Below, one piece after another: positions 25,924 to 35,254 of a DNA stretch of 35,504 nt. The position numbers were made by a program, and so were the translations under genes. Position 1 is the stretch's first letter. Every line of letters starts with the position of its first letter. The DNA comes from Bacteroidota bacterium (GTDB lineage: Bacteria; Bacteroidota; Ignavibacteria; Kapaibacteriales; UBA2268). The DNA is taken from assembly GCA_024280675.1 (NCBI GenBank), contig JAJRPT010000031.1, forward strand, positions 1 to 35,504, read 5' to 3'. The notes below the pieces were generated by a model. It worked only from the letters and a program-made list of their open reading frames with translations. It ran no database searches and was not told the origin of the DNA.

Positions 25924-28128
25924 ATGAAAATGGCAAGACCAAATACCTCCTCCAATAAACATATCTCAAGAAATACAAAGAAAAAATCCGACTCTGCGGC
26001 AGCATTTAAATTATCTAAGACCTATCCAGCTTGGATAATTCTCATAGTTACTCTGCTCATAAGTGTCTTTCTCTACGATTTTATGGACAATAAAGTCCGC
26101 TCCGATAACGAGATGGCTTTTGAAAAAGCAACCAGCTCGCTTGTGAGCAGAGTCGAAGATAATTTTGACAACAAAATTCAAATAATGAATTCGGTAAATA
26201 ATATTTTTAAGAATTCCTACGTTGTAAGAGATGTATTTGAGATAAACACAAAGAATGCTGTGGCTACTTATTCCTCTGTTGTCTCTTTTGGGAAAGCTAA
26301 CAAAGTCACACCAGAAACTATTGGTGATTTCATCTACAATACACGGTCTCAAGGCTACTATGACATGAGGGTCACTCCAAAAGGAGAAAGAGACCTCTAC
26401 TATTTAACCGAATATATTGTCCCTTTCGAGGCTAATGAAAATAGAATTGGCTATGACGTTGCGACTGAAGAAGTTATCAAAAATGCTATTGATTCGGCCA
26501 GTTTGCACAATAGAATTCAAGTCACCACCACATTTGAATCCATGTCAAAAACACTTTCATTCTACATCATCGCACCACTCTACGAGTTTGGAATGCCAAG
26601 CCAGACAAGAAGTGACAGGGAAAAATATTTCAACTCTGCTGTTCTTATGGAGATGAATACTAGATTGTTCTACGACGAAGCCTTGGGCGAAGGGATTGCT
26701 TCTGATTCTACAATTATCTTCAAAATAGTAGATTTGGTAGAGGGTTCCGAATCGGGCGATTTCTATACTTCTGCAAATTATGAATCGATGGTAAATAAGG
26801 ATGGCAAGGGTGCTTTAATTAAAAATAATACAGATTTGAGCTTTGGAGACCACACAATAAGAATTAAGTTTGAAACCGCCATGGGTTTTGGGGGCGAGTT
26901 CTCAGAATACCTACCTCTTATTGCTCTGGGTTCTGGTGTGTTGGTCTCTGTTGTACTGTTTCTGTTCATTATTTCAGTCATCACCTCTCGCCAACGTGCA
27001 CTTGATTTGGCCGACCGAATGACAAAGTCTCAACGTAGAATAGTTGATTCCTCCCAAGACATCATCTCTGTTTTGGAGATGGATGGGACTTGGAAAACTA
27101 TGAACCCCGCTTCGGAGAAAATATTTGGCATGGATTCAGAGGAACTAATTGGCCGCAATATCAAAGAACTATTCTATTCCGAAGACGACTCCGAAGAATT
27201 CTTCAGAGTTGTAAGCACCGAGCATGAAGATTATTCAGAAAGAATTGACATACAGATGATTGCTAGTGAAAATGAAGTAAAGTGGATGAACTGGAGTCTT
27301 TCAATCTCTTTGCAAGATTCACTCGTCTATGCCATCGGAAGAGATGTCACACTGGAAAAAGAAACAGAAGAATTGCAAATTATGCAAAGAAAACAAGTTG
27401 GGCTTGCTGGGCGTTTCTCCAAAGAGGCTAATGAATCCAAATCTTTTTTCATGGTTCAACTCTCTCACCAACTTCGCAACTCACTGACTGGTATTCTGGG
27501 TTACCTCCAACTCATACGAGAGGGGTATTACCAGAGCGATGAAGAACTAAAAGAATATGTTGCACTTGCCGAGACTAGTTCCGAAGAAATATTTACATTC
27601 GTATCCGATATTGTCGAGATCACAAGCGCTACCGAAGCCAAAAACTCCACTCCAAAGCTTTCAAATGTAAACTTCTATGACGTTTACAAAGATGTTGCCT
27701 ACAAAATATACCTTATCATTGATCTTCCCGATGTTAAAACTACAATCAATGACGAAGCAAAGTTTGTTCATTTCCTTGGTGAAAGAACAGTTATGACAGA
27801 GTTACTTCTCATGTGTTTTGGCACTTTATGCACAGGGCTAGAAAATCAAACTGTGACCGTTCAAGCAGAAGAAAATACCTACGAAGGTGCTACCGAAATT
27901 CAAATCCTAGGACCGGGTAACGACGTGGTCGAAAGAATGATTAACGCTTACAAATTCAAAAAATCTGGCATAATTGACGCATTAGAAGATGACGAAGGCG
28001 ACGTGCTGTTAAATCTTGCAATCATCGAATCCGATATAAGAAGGCTCAATGGTAGTGTAACCATTGAATCATTCGGGGGCGAAGAAGGTAATGTGATTAT
28101 GATGACACTTCCTCTACAAAAAAGATAA
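25924..28128 (+). CDS. Sensor histidine-kinase-like protein: TM, CHASE-like periplasmic domain, TM, PAS, HisKA, and a degenerate HATPase-like domain
   Basis: 734 aa. TM1 is YPAWIILIVTLLISVFLYDFM. The CHASE-like core is TPKGERDLYYLTEYIVPFEANENRIGYDVATEEVIKNAIDSA. TM2 is LPLIALGSGVLVSVVLFLFIISVI. The PAS region includes IISVLEMDGTWKTMNPASEKIFGMDSEELIGR. The H-box is FFMVQLSHQLRNSLTGILGY, with the His codon at 27466. The C-terminal ~140 aa lack clear N, G1 and G2 boxes. Confidence 0.85.
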   Translation: MKMARPNTSSNKHISRNTKKKSDSAAAFKLSKTYPAWIILIVTLLISVFLYDFMDNKVRSDNEMAFEKATSSLVSRVEDNFDNKIQIMNSVNNIFKNSYVVRDVFEINTKNAVATYSSVVSFGKANKVTPETIGDFIYNTRSQGYYDMRVTPKGERDLYYLTEYIVPFEANENRIGYDVATEEVIKNAIDSASLHNRIQVTTTFESMSKTLSFYIIAPLYEFGMPSQTRSDREKYFNSAVLMEMNTRLFYDEALGEGIASDSTIIFKIVDLVEGSESGDFYTSANYESMVNKDGKGALIKNNTDLSFGDHTIRIKFETAMGFGGEFSEYLPLIALGSGVLVSVVLFLFIISVITSRQRALDLADRMTKSQRRIVDSSQDIISVLEMDGTWKTMNPASEKIFGMDSEELIGRNIKELFYSEDDSEEFFRVVSTEHEDYSERIDIQMIASENEVKWMNWSLSISLQDSLVYAIGRDVTLEKETEELQIMQRKQVGLAGRFSKEANESKSFFMVQLSHQLRNSLTGILGYLQLIREGYYQSDEELKEYVALAETSSEEIFTFVSDIVEITSATEAKNSTPKLSNVNFYDVYKDVAYKIYLIIDLPDVKTTINDEAKFVHFLGERTVMTELLLMCFGTLCTGLENQTVTVQAEENTYEGATEIQILGPGNDVVERMINAYKFKKSGIIDALEDDEGDVLLNLAIIESDIRRLNGSVTIESFGGEEGNVIMMTLPLQKR

Positions 28129-28772
28129 TGGCAGAGTTTATTGACATTGACCGATGGTTTGGTGACAAAGAGGGCGAATGCTATAATTTTGTGACAAAAG
28201 CACTCGAAGATGGTGAACTTATTGCATTTCCTACAGATACGGTTTATGGTCTGGGATGTGATATAGAAAATGAAAGTGCGGTAGGCAAAATATTTGAGCT
28301 AAAAAAACGCTCAAAGCAAAAAGCTCTCGGAGCTTATCTTTGTGGAGTGAATTGTGACGGTCGCCTAGAGAAAATGTCGAGCAGTATTCCTGAGATATTT
28401 TTTAAACTTTCCAAAGAGTTTCTACCAGGTCCTCTTACAATGATAATTCCCCGCCACGGTGCTTTTGCGGCTCTGGCAACATCAAACTCAAAGGGAATTG
28501 CCATAAGAATACCCAAGCACAGACCTCTGCTCGCTTTTCTATCCCATTACAAGGGAACACTCGCTGGTACATCTCTAAATCTTGCGGGCGAAAAACCAAT
28601 CAATGATCCAATAGAAATTCAAGAAAAGTTTGGAAGTCAAATAAAATATATTTTAACCTCGAATGAAAAGATCTCTCAAAACTCCTCTACAGTTATTGAT
28701 CTGACTCATGGCAAAATAAAATTGCTCCGAAAGGGTGATTTAGATATTTCCACACTCAAAAAATTTGCCTGA
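28128..28772 (+). CDS. tsaC: L-threonylcarbamoyladenylate synthase, YrdC/TsaC type (t6A biosynthesis)
   Basis: 214 aa with the motifs IAFPTDTVYGLGCD, ELKKRSKQKAL, LPGPLTMIIPR, IAIRIPKH and LAGTSLNLAGEKP. There is no Sua5 C-terminal domain. The ATG shares 1 nt with the kinase TAA (ataATGg). Confidence 0.85.
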   Translation: MAEFIDIDRWFGDKEGECYNFVTKALEDGELIAFPTDTVYGLGCDIENESAVGKIFELKKRSKQKALGAYLCGVNCDGRLEKMSSSIPEIFFKLSKEFLPGPLTMIIPRHGAFAALATSNSKGIAIRIPKHRPLLAFLSHYKGTLAGTSLNLAGEKPINDPIEIQEKFGSQIKYILTSNEKISQNSSTVIDLTHGKIKLLRKGDLDISTLKKFA

Positions 28773-28778
28773 TAGAAT

Positions 28779-30521
28779 TTATATTTTCTTTTCTAACCCA
28801 GCATTTATCTCAGCAATCCGCTTTAGGTTCTCCTCAACATTTGCTTGCCCTGAAGATATTTTTTGCTCTAGTGTCTTTACTTTTTCTAAATCTATTGACT
28901 CCTGAGAACCCTCTTTTATTTTCACTAAAAAAGATTCGTCCTCTTTGATTAATTTCTCAATATTTTCATTCTTTTGTTCTAATTTTTTAATCTTCTCCTC
29001 TAGTTTCTTACGCTTTTCCACCTCACGTCTTCTGAGGAAATCTTTTCTCTTTGAGTCAAACTTTTTAAAACCTTTTCTAATCCTTGCCAGCAATTCATTG
29101 CGATGGGAGCGTGTCAGCTTTATAATCTTGACCTCATCTTGGACATCAATTAAGCCCTCACGAATATCTCTGAAATTATTAGAGTATTCAACATTGGCTA
29201 TCGCCTCACTTATTTTCAGCTCAAGTTTCACAAAATTGCTTTTAGATATTTCCTTGAACTCCTCTGTCATCTCTTCGGTATTCTGGTTGAGCTTCGAAAA
29301 TATTGCACGAATCTCACCAAAGAGTTCATCACTTTGCCTTCTTGTCAAAGCTAATTGCTTTAGCTTCTTCTGGGTTTCAATTAGATGATTTCGAGAGGAA
29401 CTACTATTTTTTGGATCACTTGCAAATAAAATTGCAGTATCGACCATTGGCTTTGCCAACAAATAATTTTTCTCTGCGACTTCCCCAAAAGCCTTACGTT
29501 CGTTGTCTTGTTTTGCATTTATTTCATCGAATGCCAATCGTATTGTGCCATAGAGTTCGTCACGTTCCTTGCGTGAGAGCTTCACATCTCTTAGCTCTTT
29601 TTGTAGCGATATTAAAATCTTTCGTGCATTGTTTAAATCATCAGACGTTTTTTCCTTGTTGCAAGCAAATTCTACACGTGGCTTAAACCGCAAATAATTC
29701 TCAGCACATTCCATCTCAAAGGCCTCTCGCTCTGCACCTTCAAGCATGTTAATCTTATCGAACAAATTTTGAATTGACTTGAAAAACACATCCCTGTCAC
29801 TTGGGCGAAAACTTATAGACTTCATCTCCTTTTGCAAAGAGATTAATATGAGTCTAGTTTCTTTTAAATTATTAGATAACTTTCCCTCTGCCTCTTCAAT
29901 CTTAATATCAAATGTTGGTTTATATTTATTAAAGTTTTCATCAAAGATTTTATTTCGTTCTTCTCTTTCTTTTGCCTGTCTACTAGACACCAACTCAAAG
30001 ACTTCTTGAATCCTCTGGTCTATTTCATTTCTTTGATCCAGTGGGATTAAAAACAATGCTGACAAAGATTCCTTCAAGCCAACCAAAGTTTTGCGAATAG
30101 ACCTTGCGTCTCTATTCTCCTCAAAACCTAATTCTAATGCTTCTATTGTCTCATTTAGAAAATTAAACTCTTTTTCTTGTTTGGCAAGTGCGTCTTTATT
30201 GACAGGAGCTTCAAAATGCTCAATTTCCTCAGCAACTGCTTCTGGCTGCACTGCTTCTTTCTCAATTTCCTCTTCTGCACTCGAATCCTCAAGCACCTCT
30301 ACCTTTTGCTCTGGTTCACTTTCCGGCTCCAGCTCTGGAGGTGATTGTACTTGATTAGCTTCTTCTTCTTGTTGCTCGCCAGCAGTAGATTCTACAGTGT
30401 CCTCACTTTGGGATTCCTCTTTTTGGATGGGCAGATTATGTTCTGTTTCAACTACATTCGTTTCTACCACTGCCTCAGATTCCTTTTTCACTTCAATATT
30501 GCTGTTTTCTTCTTGTGTCAT
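28779..30521 (-). CDS. Acidic N-terminus plus a five-fold ~65-aa helical repeat protein, divergent DUF349-like
   Basis: 580 aa. Five units share the pattern L(I)xLQKE(l)xx(v)xLxRxxRDELfxxIRxaFdxinxxxxxxxxxF. One example is ARKILISLQKELRDVKLSRKERDELYGTIRLAFDEINAKQDNERKAF. This mirrors the DUF349 core (LQkEWk.iG.v.r...d.LW.rFr.a.D.Ff) but lacks its Trp residues. The E/K-rich C-terminal region looks coiled-coil. Confidence 0.65.
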   Translation of the reverse strand: MTQEENSNIEVKKESEAVVETNVVETEHNLPIQKEESQSEDTVESTAGEQQEEEANQVQSPPELEPESEPEQKVEVLEDSSAEEEIEKEAVQPEAVAEEIEHFEAPVNKDALAKQEKEFNFLNETIEALELGFEENRDARSIRKTLVGLKESLSALFLIPLDQRNEIDQRIQEVFELVSSRQAKEREERNKIFDENFNKYKPTFDIKIEEAEGKLSNNLKETRLILISLQKEMKSISFRPSDRDVFFKSIQNLFDKINMLEGAEREAFEMECAENYLRFKPRVEFACNKEKTSDDLNNARKILISLQKELRDVKLSRKERDELYGTIRLAFDEINAKQDNERKAFGEVAEKNYLLAKPMVDTAILFASDPKNSSSSRNHLIETQKKLKQLALTRRQSDELFGEIRAIFSKLNQNTEEMTEEFKEISKSNFVKLELKISEAIANVEYSNNFRDIREGLIDVQDEVKIIKLTRSHRNELLARIRKGFKKFDSKRKDFLRRREVEKRKKLEEKIKKLEQKNENIEKLIKEDESFLVKIKEGSQESIDLEKVKTLEQKISSGQANVEENLKRIAEINAGLEKKI

Positions 30522-30592
30522 CTTGTCTTACTCACTCTTGTTATTTGTTTTTGTTGTTGTTTGCATGTTTCCATCTTGTCGTCTGAGGACTT

Positions 30593-32647
30593 CTATTTTT
30601 CTATTTCTTCTTCTTTGCCGTCATTTAGATTAATAGACTTTATTGCCTCCATTGCTTGGGAGCTAATCTCTGGAAGCTCCTCGCCTTTGAACATCTTGTC
30701 CAGCTCTTCGCCCGTTATCACTTCTCGCTCAATTAATATTTTTGAACATTTTTCCAAAAGCTCTTTATTCTCACAAAGAAGACCTTCGGCAACGGCGTAA
30801 GAATTGCTGAGTATTTTCCTTACCTCAGAATCAATTATTTCCGATGTCTTCTCCGAATGATCCTTTGGCTGGGAAATCTCACGACCAAGAAAGACATCAT
30901 CTTGTTTAGTTGTGAAATTTACTGGTCCGATAATATCTGACATGCCCCAATCGCAAACCATCTTTTTAGCAATCTCGGTAGCCCGCTGAATATCATTTTG
31001 AGCTCCGGTGGACAGGACATTGAAAGTGAGCAACTCGGCCGCTCGTCCTCCCATCATCATCGCTAATTTCTGCTCTAAATAAGTCTTTGATTTCGAATGA
31101 AACTCCTCATCTGGCAAATATGAAGTAACTCCAAGAGCTTGTCCTCTAGGGATAATCGTCACTTTGTGTACAGGATCAGGATTTTTAGTTAGCTTGCCAA
31201 CAAGGGCGTGTCCCATTTCGTGGTATGCCGTCATTTCTTTTTCTTTCTCAGACACCACCATACTTTTACGCTCAACGCCCATTAGTATCTTGTCCTTTGC
31301 ATTTTCAAAATCATACATTGTGACCTTCTCGCCATTTCGTCTTGCGGCAAGAAGAGCCGCCTCGTTTACAATATTTGCAATATCGGCTCCACTCAGGCCT
31401 GGTGTACCTTTTGCCAAAATTGTAACATCTACATCAGAACCTAAGGGAATTTTCTTAATATGAACTTCAAAAATACCCTTTCGTCCCCTCACATCGGGGC
31501 GATCTACTACCACCTGTCGGTCGAATCTTCCAGGACGAAGAAGTGCCGGGTCAAGTACGTCCGGGCGGTTGGTTGCAGCAATAATAATTACACCACTATT
31601 TTGCTCAAAACCATCCATCTCCACAAGAAGTTGGTTCAGAGTCTGCTCACGCTCATCGTGTCCTCCCCCAACCCCAGCCCCACGCTGGCGACCAACTGCG
31701 TCAATCTCATCAATAAAACAAATGCAAGGAGAATTTTTCTTCGCTTGCTCAAAAAGATCCCTCACCCTGCTTGCACCCACACCAACGAACATTTCAACAA
31801 AGTCGGCCCCACTCATTGAGAAAAACGGAACATCTGCCTCGCCTGCCACAGCCCTTGCAAGAAGCGTCTTGCCGGTACCAGGAGGTCCCAAAAGCAACAC
31901 TCCTTTTGGAATCCTACCGCCAAGTTTTTGGAATTTCTCAGGCTCTTTCAAAAATTCTATAATTTCTTCTAGCTCATATTTTGCCTCATCAATGCCAGCC
32001 ACGTCCTTGAATGTCACAGGCTCTATATTTTCATCTACCAGCTTAATACGTGCCTTTCCAAAAGAAAACAGTCCCTTTTGCCCTCCAGCACCTCCCCCAT
32101 TTTGCATCCTCTTCATAAAGAAAATTACCAGACCAAAAAGCATTAGAAGTGGCAAAAAAGAAAGCACCGTCCCCCAGAAGAAATTATCACCTTCTTTATA
32201 AATAATGTTAATTCCCTTCTCCGACCACTCCGCTTCGGTGGCAGAATCAACGACAACAAGTTTGGTCACAAACTTAGTGATTGATTTGCTCTTGCCATCA
32301 ATCTCAAGAGTCACAGGATTGCTCAGAAATCCCTGGAATTCAAAGTCATTTAACTGCGTTTTGTAGACTACCCCTTCGGCTATCAGACCTTGGGACAAAA
32401 GATCTTTGTATTCAGAATATGAAATCTTGGGATCGGCCGAACGCCCGTCTTGGAAAAGAAATATCATTGAAAATATCCCCATACCAAGGAAAACCCACAA
32501 TAATAAATTCTTGCTAAATTTGTTGTCTTCGCCCGATTTGTTCGGATCGGAGCCATGAAAGCCCCGCTTTTTCTTTGGCGAATTTCCCTTTTTCATATTA
32601 TCATCACTCGACATATTAATTTTCCTGATTATTTTTTTCTGCATCAT
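30593..32647 (-). CDS. ftsH: ATP-dependent zinc metalloprotease FtsH
   Basis: 684 aa with an N-terminal TM pair. Motifs: Walker [18 protein letters not shown], Walker [33 protein letters not shown], and zinc site HEMGHAL. It lies directly downstream of tilS, a conserved neighbourhood. Confidence 0.97.
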   Translation of the reverse strand: MMQKKIIRKINMSSDDNMKKGNSPKKKRGFHGSDPNKSGEDNKFSKNLLLWVFLGMGIFSMIFLFQDGRSADPKISYSEYKDLLSQGLIAEGVVYKTQLNDFEFQGFLSNPVTLEIDGKSKSITKFVTKLVVVDSATEAEWSEKGINIIYKEGDNFFWGTVLSFLPLLMLFGLVIFFMKRMQNGGGAGGQKGLFSFGKARIKLVDENIEPVTFKDVAGIDEAKYELEEIIEFLKEPEKFQKLGGRIPKGVLLLGPPGTGKTLLARAVAGEADVPFFSMSGADFVEMFVGVGASRVRDLFEQAKKNSPCICFIDEIDAVGRQRGAGVGGGHDEREQTLNQLLVEMDGFEQNSGVIIIAATNRPDVLDPALLRPGRFDRQVVVDRPDVRGRKGIFEVHIKKIPLGSDVDVTILAKGTPGLSGADIANIVNEAALLAARRNGEKVTMYDFENAKDKILMGVERKSMVVSEKEKEMTAYHEMGHALVGKLTKNPDPVHKVTIIPRGQALGVTSYLPDEEFHSKSKTYLEQKLAMMMGGRAAELLTFNVLSTGAQNDIQRATEIAKKMVCDWGMSDIIGPVNFTTKQDDVFLGREISQPKDHSEKTSEIIDSEVRKILSNSYAVAEGLLCENKELLEKCSKILIEREVITGEELDKMFKGEELPEISSQAMEAIKSINLNDGKEEEIEK

Positions 32648-32695
32648 TTTACAAGCAGACGTATAAATGTTATTTAATGTTTATTTTATATTTAT

Positions 32696-35194
32696 TTATT
32701 TTTCCGTTACTATTAATTCAGCCTTTAGTATCTTTTTAGAATCAGAAGTAACCTTGTATTTCTCACTCATCCTCCACCCGCAAACCCATATTATATTTAC
32801 CCTGTCGCTAAGTACCATTAAGTTCTTACGCTCGGCAAATGCTATTTTATTATTGACAACAAAATCACTCAGCTTTACGCTCCCACCAAGTCCAATAGGC
32901 ATAAAACGATCCCCATTCCTTATCGTTCTGAGTTCAAGATTTTCTGGCATAAACTCCATATCAAAATACTCAATGTTTCTGCCCAAGCTGTAATCAACAT
33001 CTTTGACCTTCACAAGACTTAACCGCAGTGTGAAATTCTCATAGGCATACTCGCCCGTGTTCTTTATAATATAGGACTTTTCCTTTAATATCTTGTTCTT
33101 GTAAAACACTAACTGCATTCTATCTTTGACAACAGAAGTATAAGGATTAACTTCAATAATCTTTCCCGTCTCCGATTTCAATAAAGAACTTATACTACTT
33201 ATTTTCTTATAACTTGCGTCTCTGATATTAAAATATCGCTCCAAAATTAAGGAAATTAATTCACCTTTTATAAAACTTTCATTCAACTCTAATTTATTGG
33301 CATCTATTACCACATAACTCTTCTTTGATGAAATTATTAATCGGTCAAGATCTGGACGCACCTTGGAGTAAACAAATCTATCGGCCGAAGAAATCAAATG
33401 TGCCGAACGGTTTACAACAGAAATTATGTCTTTATTGAACTGCTTTTCAATAAATGGAATAAGGTCTAGCCGAATTTTATTCCGAAGAAATTGCTTTTCG
33501 GAATTTGTCTTGTCCTCACGCCACACTATATTTCGCTTGTCTGCATACTCTTGAATTTCTTTTCTTGTAGTGTGAACCAATGGCCTGATTATATTAATGT
33601 TCTTGTAAAGCGGTCTTTTCTGAGGAATACCACCCAGTCCAGTCAGACCTGATCCCCTCATAAGATTTATAAAGAAAGTCTCAGTAGAATCATTTGCATT
33701 GTGTGCTGTGGCTACAAAATTCACTTTGATAGATTTTGCTACTTGCTCAAAGAAAAAATAACGCCTGTTGCGTGCCGCCTCTTCGATTGAGTAGCCAAAA
33801 TCACTTGCGTACTTTTTGACATTTGCCTCATCCCTATAAAAAGGAATATTATATTTTTCGGCTAATTCCTCCACAAAGAATTCGTCCTCATCCGACTCTT
33901 TTCTTAGCTTGTGATTGAAATGGGCAATATGCAAAGACCACGATTTCTCAAGCGAAAGATTGGCAAACATATCCAGCATCACAATGGAATCAACCCCCCC
34001 ACTCACACACAGCAAGATAGACACTTTACTGTCCACATAAAGCGATTCAGAAAGAAATGAGTACAAGTCTCCAAGCATTTTTTTATAATATTTATCAATC
34101 TTTTGAAAGGGTGAAAGAAGCATATCTTGATTGATTACACTTCCTACAAATGGCTCCAGCTTGGGTATTACTCTTTTTATTTCCTTCTTTGAAGGTAGAA
34201 TATCGGGCGTTTGGTTTTCTTTTTTCTTATGTGATTTTTTTTGCGGTTTAGCTTTAACCATTGACTTCGATTTCTCCAGCTTCAAATCCAATTCGGACTT
34301 CTCCAAAATTTCCTGCGACGGAACTGAACCCGCTTCCGATTCGGCTGGCTCTTTCTTTAGTTTTGCTTTGGGCTTTGGCTTTGCTTTGGCTTTAGGTTTT
34401 GACCTTGATTTCTCCAGCTTCAAATCCAATTCGGACTTCTCCAAAATTTCCTGCGACGGATCGGAACCCGCTTCCGATTCGGCTGGCTCTTTCTTTAGTT
34501 TTGCTTTGGGCTTTGGCTTTGCTTTGGCTTTAGGTTTAGTTTTTGATTTCTCCAGCTTCAAATCCAATTCGGATTTCTCCGAAACTTCCTGCGACGGAAC
34601 TGAACCCGCTTCCGATTCGGCTGGCTCTTTCTTTAGTTTTGCTTTAGTCTTTGGCTTTGGCTTTGCTTTGGCTTTAGGTTTTGGCTTTGGTTTTGCTTTG
34701 GCTTTAGGTTTTGACTTCGATTTCTCCAGCTTCAAATCCAATTCGGACTTCTCCAAAATTTCCTGCAACGGAACTGAACCCGCTTCCGATTCGGCTGGCT
34801 CTTTCTTTAGTTTTGCTTTGGGCTTTGGCTTTGGCTTTGGTTTTGCTTTGGCTTTAGGTTTTGACTTTGATTTCTCCAGCTTCAAATCCAATTCGGACTT
34901 CTCCAAAATTTCCTGCGACGGAACTGAACCCGCTTCCGATTCGGCTGGCTCTTTCTTTAGCTTTGCTTTGGGCTTTGGCTTTGCTTTGGCTTTAGGTTTT
35001 GCTTTGGCTTTATCGCTCTTTGTCACACTTTTTTTTGCAGGTGACCGCTTCGCCTTAGTTTTAGCCTTGACAAGCTCCTCTTCTTTGACCAATTTAATCT
35101 TAGCCTTAGAAACTTTTCCTTTCTTAGCTTTATCGCCAACACTGGGCTTCCCCTCAGCTTTCTTAACTCTAGTATTTATTTTTTCTTTTGCCAT
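32696..35194 (-). CDS. tilS: tRNA(Ile)-lysidine synthetase TilS with a ~350-aa Lys/Pro/Ala-rich tandem-repeat N-terminal extension
   Basis: The PP-loop motif is ILLCVSGGVDSIVM, with SGGVDS at 34003..33986. TilS-like motifs follow (FNHKLR, ATAHNANDSTETFFINLMRGSG, RPL). The N-terminus has 5 copies of KPKAKAKPKPKAKLKKEPAESEAGSVPSQEILEKSELDLKLEKSKS. The start is set at M13 (35194, MAKEKINTRV) because the longer ORF to 35230 would encode a terminator-like hairpin; 35230 remains possible. Confidence 0.85.
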   Translation of the reverse strand: MAKEKINTRVKKAEGKPSVGDKAKKGKVSKAKIKLVKEEELVKAKTKAKRSPAKKSVTKSDKAKAKPKAKAKPKPKAKLKKEPAESEAGSVPSQEILEKSELDLKLEKSKSKPKAKAKPKPKPKPKAKLKKEPAESEAGSVPLQEILEKSELDLKLEKSKSKPKAKAKPKPKPKAKAKPKPKTKAKLKKEPAESEAGSVPSQEVSEKSELDLKLEKSKTKPKAKAKPKPKAKLKKEPAESEAGSDPSQEILEKSELDLKLEKSRSKPKAKAKPKPKAKLKKEPAESEAGSVPSQEILEKSELDLKLEKSKSMVKAKPQKKSHKKKENQTPDILPSKKEIKRVIPKLEPFVGSVINQDMLLSPFQKIDKYYKKMLGDLYSFLSESLYVDSKVSILLCVSGGVDSIVMLDMFANLSLEKSWSLHIAHFNHKLRKESDEDEFFVEELAEKYNIPFYRDEANVKKYASDFGYSIEEAARNRRYFFFEQVAKSIKVNFVATAHNANDSTETFFINLMRGSGLTGLGGIPQKRPLYKNINIIRPLVHTTRKEIQEYADKRNIVWREDKTNSEKQFLRNKIRLDLIPFIEKQFNKDIISVVNRSAHLISSADRFVYSKVRPDLDRLIISSKKSYVVIDANKLELNESFIKGELISLILERYFNIRDASYKKISSISSLLKSETGKIIEVNPYTSVVKDRMQLVFYKNKILKEKSYIIKNTGEYAYENFTLRLSLVKVKDVDYSLGRNIEYFDMEFMPENLELRTIRNGDRFMPIGLGGSVKLSDFVVNNKIAFAERKNLMVLSDRVNIIWVCGWRMSEKYKVTSDSKKILKAELIVTEK
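34262..35015. repeat. In-frame long tandem repeat array inside tilS: 5 units with periods 138, 138, 174 and 150 bp
   Basis: The core gatttctccagcttcaaatccaattcgga... recurs at 34269, 34407, 34545, 34719 and 34869. The ~95-bp conserved part is nearly identical between copies. Variable-length (ggctttggctttgctttg)n tracts between cores encode the (KPKA)n stretches. Confidence 0.92.
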
Positions 35195-35201
35195 ATATTG
35201 T

Positions 35202-35233
35202 AAAAAAAGGCGACTTATCCCGGCAGTCACCTT
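35202..35233 (-). terminator. Rho-independent terminator-like hairpin downstream of the T9SS-CTD gene fragment, abutting the tilS start
   Basis: The minus-strand RNA would read AAGGUGACU-GCCGGGAUA-AGUCGCCUU, a 9-bp stem with one G-U pair and a 9-nt loop, followed by a run of U (plus-strand A-run 35202..35208). Confidence 0.55.
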
Positions 35234-35254
35234 CTTTATATTTTAATGTGTGAA

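Noticed and set aside
28945-30800. Several plus-strand ORFs (147, 127, 76, 87, 151 and 78 aa) overlapping the DUF349-like gene and the ftsH 3' end
   Set aside because: These are S/F/L-rich antisense shadows of E/K-rich coding sequence, with no motifs. The minus-strand frame has a 580-aa continuous repeat architecture.
31164-32201. Plus-strand ORFs of 99-210 aa inside ftsH
   Set aside because: They are antisense to an unmistakable FtsH with Walker A/B, SRH and HEXXH motifs, and have no independent signals.
34262-35015. Regularly spaced ~95-bp repeats that might be mistaken for a CRISPR-like or satellite array
   Set aside because: The periods are all multiples of 3 and the array lies in frame inside tilS. 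The 'spacers' are themselves simple KPKA-coding hexamer tracts rather than unique sequences, and there are no cas genes.
34131-35246. 371-aa plus-strand ORF rich in G/F/A/L/S repeats
   Set aside because: It is an antisense shadow of the tilS lysine-rich repeats (AAA/AAG-rich codons read as TTT/CTT on the other strand). It has no start context or domain, and it overlaps a gene with a clear PP-loop.
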